Source: Candidatus Kaiserbacteria bacterium (GTDB taxonomy: Bacteria; Patescibacteriota; Minisyncoccia; Phycocordibacterales; Phycocordibacteraceae). From it: a DNA stretch of 64,000 bases. Of this stretch, positions 61,511 through 64,000 are shown in pieces; the first letter of the stretch is position 1; each line of letters starts with the position of its first letter. The DNA lies in the NCBI GenBank assembly GCA_016194455.1, contig JACQBN010000018.1, positions 10,669-74,668 on the forward strand, given 5' to 3'. The notes beneath the pieces are model-generated. The model searched no databases and was not told where the DNA came from. It saw nothing but the letters and a program-made list of their open reading frames with translations. A program made the translations under genes and the position numbers.

Positions 61511-63907
61511 GTGGAGAGGAAACGGCTGGTGCTTTTAGACGCGCACGCGATCATCCATCGCGCGTATCACGCGCTCCCGGAGTTCACCGGGCCCGAGGGG
61601 CAGCCCACCGGCGCTCTCTACGGCCTCGTCTCAATGTTACTTGGGATTATCACCGAGCTTAAGCCCGATTATCTCGCCGCCTGCTACGACCTCCCCGGCC
61701 CCACCATTCGCCACGAGGCGTACGAAGCCTACAAGGGCACGCGCGCCAAGACCGAGGACGCGCTCGTCGCACAATTAAAGAGTTCGCGCAAAGTCTTTGA
61801 AGCGTTTGCCATCCCCTGTTACGAGCGTGCCGGCTTCGAGGCCGATGACCTGCTCGGCACCATCGCCCTGAAGATGCGGAGCGAGAAAAATATAGACGTC
61901 GTCATCGCCTCGGGCGACATGGACACCCTCCAACTCGTGGCCGACCGCCGCGTGATGGTCTATACGCTGAAGCGGGGCTTGAGCGAGACTATTCTCTACG
62001 ACGAGAAGGCGGTGGAGAAGCGCTTCGGCTTCCTGCCCGCCCTCATTCCCGACTACAAGGGGCTCCGCGGTGACCCTTCCGACAACATCAAGGGCGTGCC
62101 CGGAGTCGGCGAGAAGACCGCGAGCCAACTCGTCCAGAAGTTTGGCGCACTGGAGGGAATGTTTAAAAAATTAAAGAAGAGCGAGGAGCCGTTCGTCGCC
62201 GCTGGCATTAAGCCGCGGATGATCGCGCTCCTGAAGAAGCACGAGGAGGACGCGATTTTTTCGAAAATGCTCGCGACGATACGTACCGATGCGCCGATCG
62301 CGTTCGCGCTCCCCACGGAGCCCTGGCGCGCGGGCGTGGATGTGGAAAAGGTCGTGGCTTTGTGCGACGAGTTCGGGTTTCGTTCGTTACGAGCGCGAGT
62401 TCGGAATGTGCTCGGTGCAGGGGCGCAATTTGGTGGTTCCTCGGGTCCGCATGCCACAGAAGACCCAGACGAGGGCGCTGCGCCAAGGCAACCACACATT
62501 GCGCCCGCCCGCCTCGCTGAGGCAGCTGTGATGCTCTGGCTTATCTCATCAGAGTTCACCAATCCCTCGCTCGACGACATTCTTGCCTTCACCAGGCGCC
62601 GCACCTTCGACGAGGCATACGCAGAGCTCGCGATGCAGGTGAGCAAGCTCGGCCGCCTTCAAGACGTCTACGAGAAAATAGAGAAACCGCTCATTCCCGT
62701 CGTCCGCGCCATGGAACAGCATGGCGTGCTTATTGATCCCGCCGTGCTCGCGAAGCTTGCAAAGAATTACCGCACCGAGCTCGCCCTGCTTGAAAAGAAA
62801 ATCTATACAGCCGCGGGGCACGAATTCAACGTCGGTTCGCCCAAGCAGCTCGCGACCGTGCTTTTTGATGAAATGCGCCTGACGCCGCAGAAGCAGAAGA
62901 AGACACCGGGCGGCGAGCGCTCTACGCGCGAGAGCGAACTCGTGAAGATTCGCGAGCTCCACCCCATCATCGCTGCGATTCTTGACTATCGCGAGTTGAA
63001 AAAGCTTCTCTCTACGTATATTGAAACCATCCCGCCCCTTCTTGACTCTGAGCATCGGCTGCATGCCGAGTTCCTCCAGACGGGCACCACCACCGGCCGC
63101 ATGGCCTCCCAGAATCCAAACCTACAGAATATCCCGCTCCACTCCGAGCGCGGCAAGGCCATCCGCCACGCCTTCGTCGCGCCGCCCCACTTCACGCTCC
63201 TTGCGCTCGACTACTCGCAGATAGAACTGCGGCTCGCCGCGATTCTTTCGGGCGACGAGAAACTCTGCGAGATATTCCGCCACGGGCGCGACGTCCACAC
63301 GGAGGTCGCGGCAATGGTCTTCGGCGTTTCTCACGAAAAAGTGGATGCCGATATGCGGCGCAAGGCGAAAGTGATCAACTTCGGCATCCTCTACGGCATG
63401 GGCGCGAACGCGCTCCGCGCTCAGCTCGGCTCCACTACCGCAGAGGCCCATCAATTTCTTGAAGACTATTTCAAAACCTTCAAGACACTCGCGGAGTATC
63501 TGGAGACAACACGCGGCTTCGCGCGTAAACACGGCTACACCGAAACCCTATTTGGCCGCCGCCGCCAGTTCCCCGAGATGAAATCGCCGCTCCCGTATGT
63601 GCGGGCGCAGGCGGAGCGAATGGCGATCAACGCACCCTTGCAGGGCACCCAAGCAGATATCATCAAGCTCGCAATGGTGCAGGTGGACAAAATGCTCGAG
63701 CGAGAAAACGCGTCGGCAGATGCACATCTTTTGCTTCAAGTGCACGACGAGCTTGTCTACGAGATCCACACCGCGCGCATCGCTGAGCTTAGCGCGCACA
63801 TAAAAAAGATTATGGAGTCCGCGCTCAGGGCGGCTGAGACGCGCGGCGTGCTGATCCTTGCGGTGGGGAAGACAGGCCCCAACTGGGGCGACATGCAACC
63901 TCTATGA
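61511..63907 (+). CDS. polA: DNA polymerase I (5'-3' exonuclease + polymerase domains; no recognisable 3'-5' exonuclease domain)
   Basis: N-terminal FEN/5'-nuclease domain, low-complexity linker, family A polymerase motifs (DYSQIELR, RRKAKVINFG, HDELVYE). 798 aa. Confidence 0.9.
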   Translation: MERKRLVLLDAHAIIHRAYHALPEFTGPEGQPTGALYGLVSMLLGIITELKPDYLAACYDLPGPTIRHEAYEAYKGTRAKTEDALVAQLKSSRKVFEAFAIPCYERAGFEADDLLGTIALKMRSEKNIDVVIASGDMDTLQLVADRRVMVYTLKRGLSETILYDEKAVEKRFGFLPALIPDYKGLRGDPSDNIKGVPGVGEKTASQLVQKFGALEGMFKKLKKSEEPFVAAGIKPRMIALLKKHEEDAIFSKMLATIRTDAPIAFALPTEPWRAGVDVEKVVALCDEFGFRSLRARVRNVLGAGAQFGGSSGPHATEDPDEGAAPRQPHIAPARLAEAAVMLWLISSEFTNPSLDDILAFTRRRTFDEAYAELAMQVSKLGRLQDVYEKIEKPLIPVVRAMEQHGVLIDPAVLAKLAKNYRTELALLEKKIYTAAGHEFNVGSPKQLATVLFDEMRLTPQKQKKTPGGERSTRESELVKIRELHPIIAAILDYRELKKLLSTYIETIPPLLDSEHRLHAEFLQTGTTTGRMASQNPNLQNIPLHSERGKAIRHAFVAPPHFTLLALDYSQIELRLAAILSGDEKLCEIFRHGRDVHTEVAAMVFGVSHEKVDADMRRKAKVINFGILYGMGANALRAQLGSTTAEAHQFLEDYFKTFKTLAEYLETTRGFARKHGYTETLFGRRRQFPEMKSPLPYVRAQAERMAINAPLQGTQADIIKLAMVQVDKMLERENASADAHLLLQVHDELVYEIHTARIAELSAHIKKIMESALRAAETRGVLILAVGKTGPNWGDMQPL

Positions 63908-64000
63908 TCTACCTTTTTTATGGCAGCGATAGCGAGAAAACGCGCCGGAAGGCATTTGAATGGGTGGAGAAGGCGAAAGCCAAGGAGCCCGACCTCGTGT
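63904..64000 (+). CDS. DNA polymerase III delta subunit-like protein, N-terminal fragment (runs off window)
   Basis: MIYLFYGSDSEKTRRKAFEW resembles HolA N-terminus. ATGA overlap with polA stop. Confidence 0.4.
   Translation, partial: MIYLFYGSDSEKTRRKAFEWVEKAKAKEPDLV

Noticed and set aside
1-64000. CRISPR arrays, IS elements/transposases, rRNA genes
   Set aside because: No regularly spaced direct repeats, no transposase-like ORFs or terminal inverted repeats, and no rRNA-like conserved stretches were seen anywhere in the window.

Overview
This is a high-GC (~60-65%), densely coding bacterial chromosomal window. The gene content looks like a reduced-genome Patescibacteria/CPR (Saccharibacteria-like) organism using the standard genetic code. 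That taxonomic placement is an inference from gene content, not a database hit.

Main contents, in order:
- **Housekeeping and repair:** ksgA, a UvrD/PcrA-family helicase, a LysM-M23 peptidase, enolase, ComM/YifB, rpsO, a Xer recombinase, xthA, the CCA-adding enzyme, four tRNA genes, rarA, HU, RNase Y, clpP and nusA.
- **Type IV pilus / competence block:** two pilB/gspE-family ATPases, pilC, three pseudopilin-like genes, comEC, and a separate degenerate ComEC-type beta-lactamase domain gene.
- **Central metabolism and repair:** tpiA-pgk, HIT, RNase H, SOD, L28, an M50 protease, PBP1A, ruvB-yebC-ruvC, tsaE and polA.
- **Replication origin neighbourhood:** rpmH-rnpA-yidC divergent from dnaA-dnaN, with an AT-rich spacer between dnaA and dnaN.
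- **Most unusual locus (39.5-49.2 kb):** a ~970-aa secreted beta-helix plus alpha/beta-hydrolase (GHSxG, lipase-like) protein. It is divergently abutted, with start codons under 10 bp apart, by a minimal Gram-positive-type type IV secretion-like operon. That operon has PrgI/VirB3-like, a VirB4 ATPase split by a frameshift, a polytopic membrane protein, a secreted protein, a VirB2-like pilin with a Cys-rich C-terminal domain, and a TM-anchored protein.
- **Other points:**
  - Tandem HIT-like paralogs, one with a degenerate His triad.
  - A cleavable signal peptide in-frame upstream of the M23 peptidase's annotated GTG start, with no canonical start codon available.
  - An unannotated rpmH.
  - GGACAT repeat arrays in the xthA-cca spacer.
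  - A secreted Tyr/Gly-rich plus Asp/Arg/His-rich protein.

Many ORFs in the track are antisense or out-of-frame artefacts of high GC, or N-terminal over-extensions. I trimmed the over-extended starts where a conserved N-terminus or signal peptide made the true start evident. Coordinates of features I derived by hand (tRNAs, terminators, motifs) may be off by 1-2 nt: the displayed sequence and the ORF track disagree by 1 nt in a few places. No CRISPR arrays, IS elements or rRNA genes were seen.
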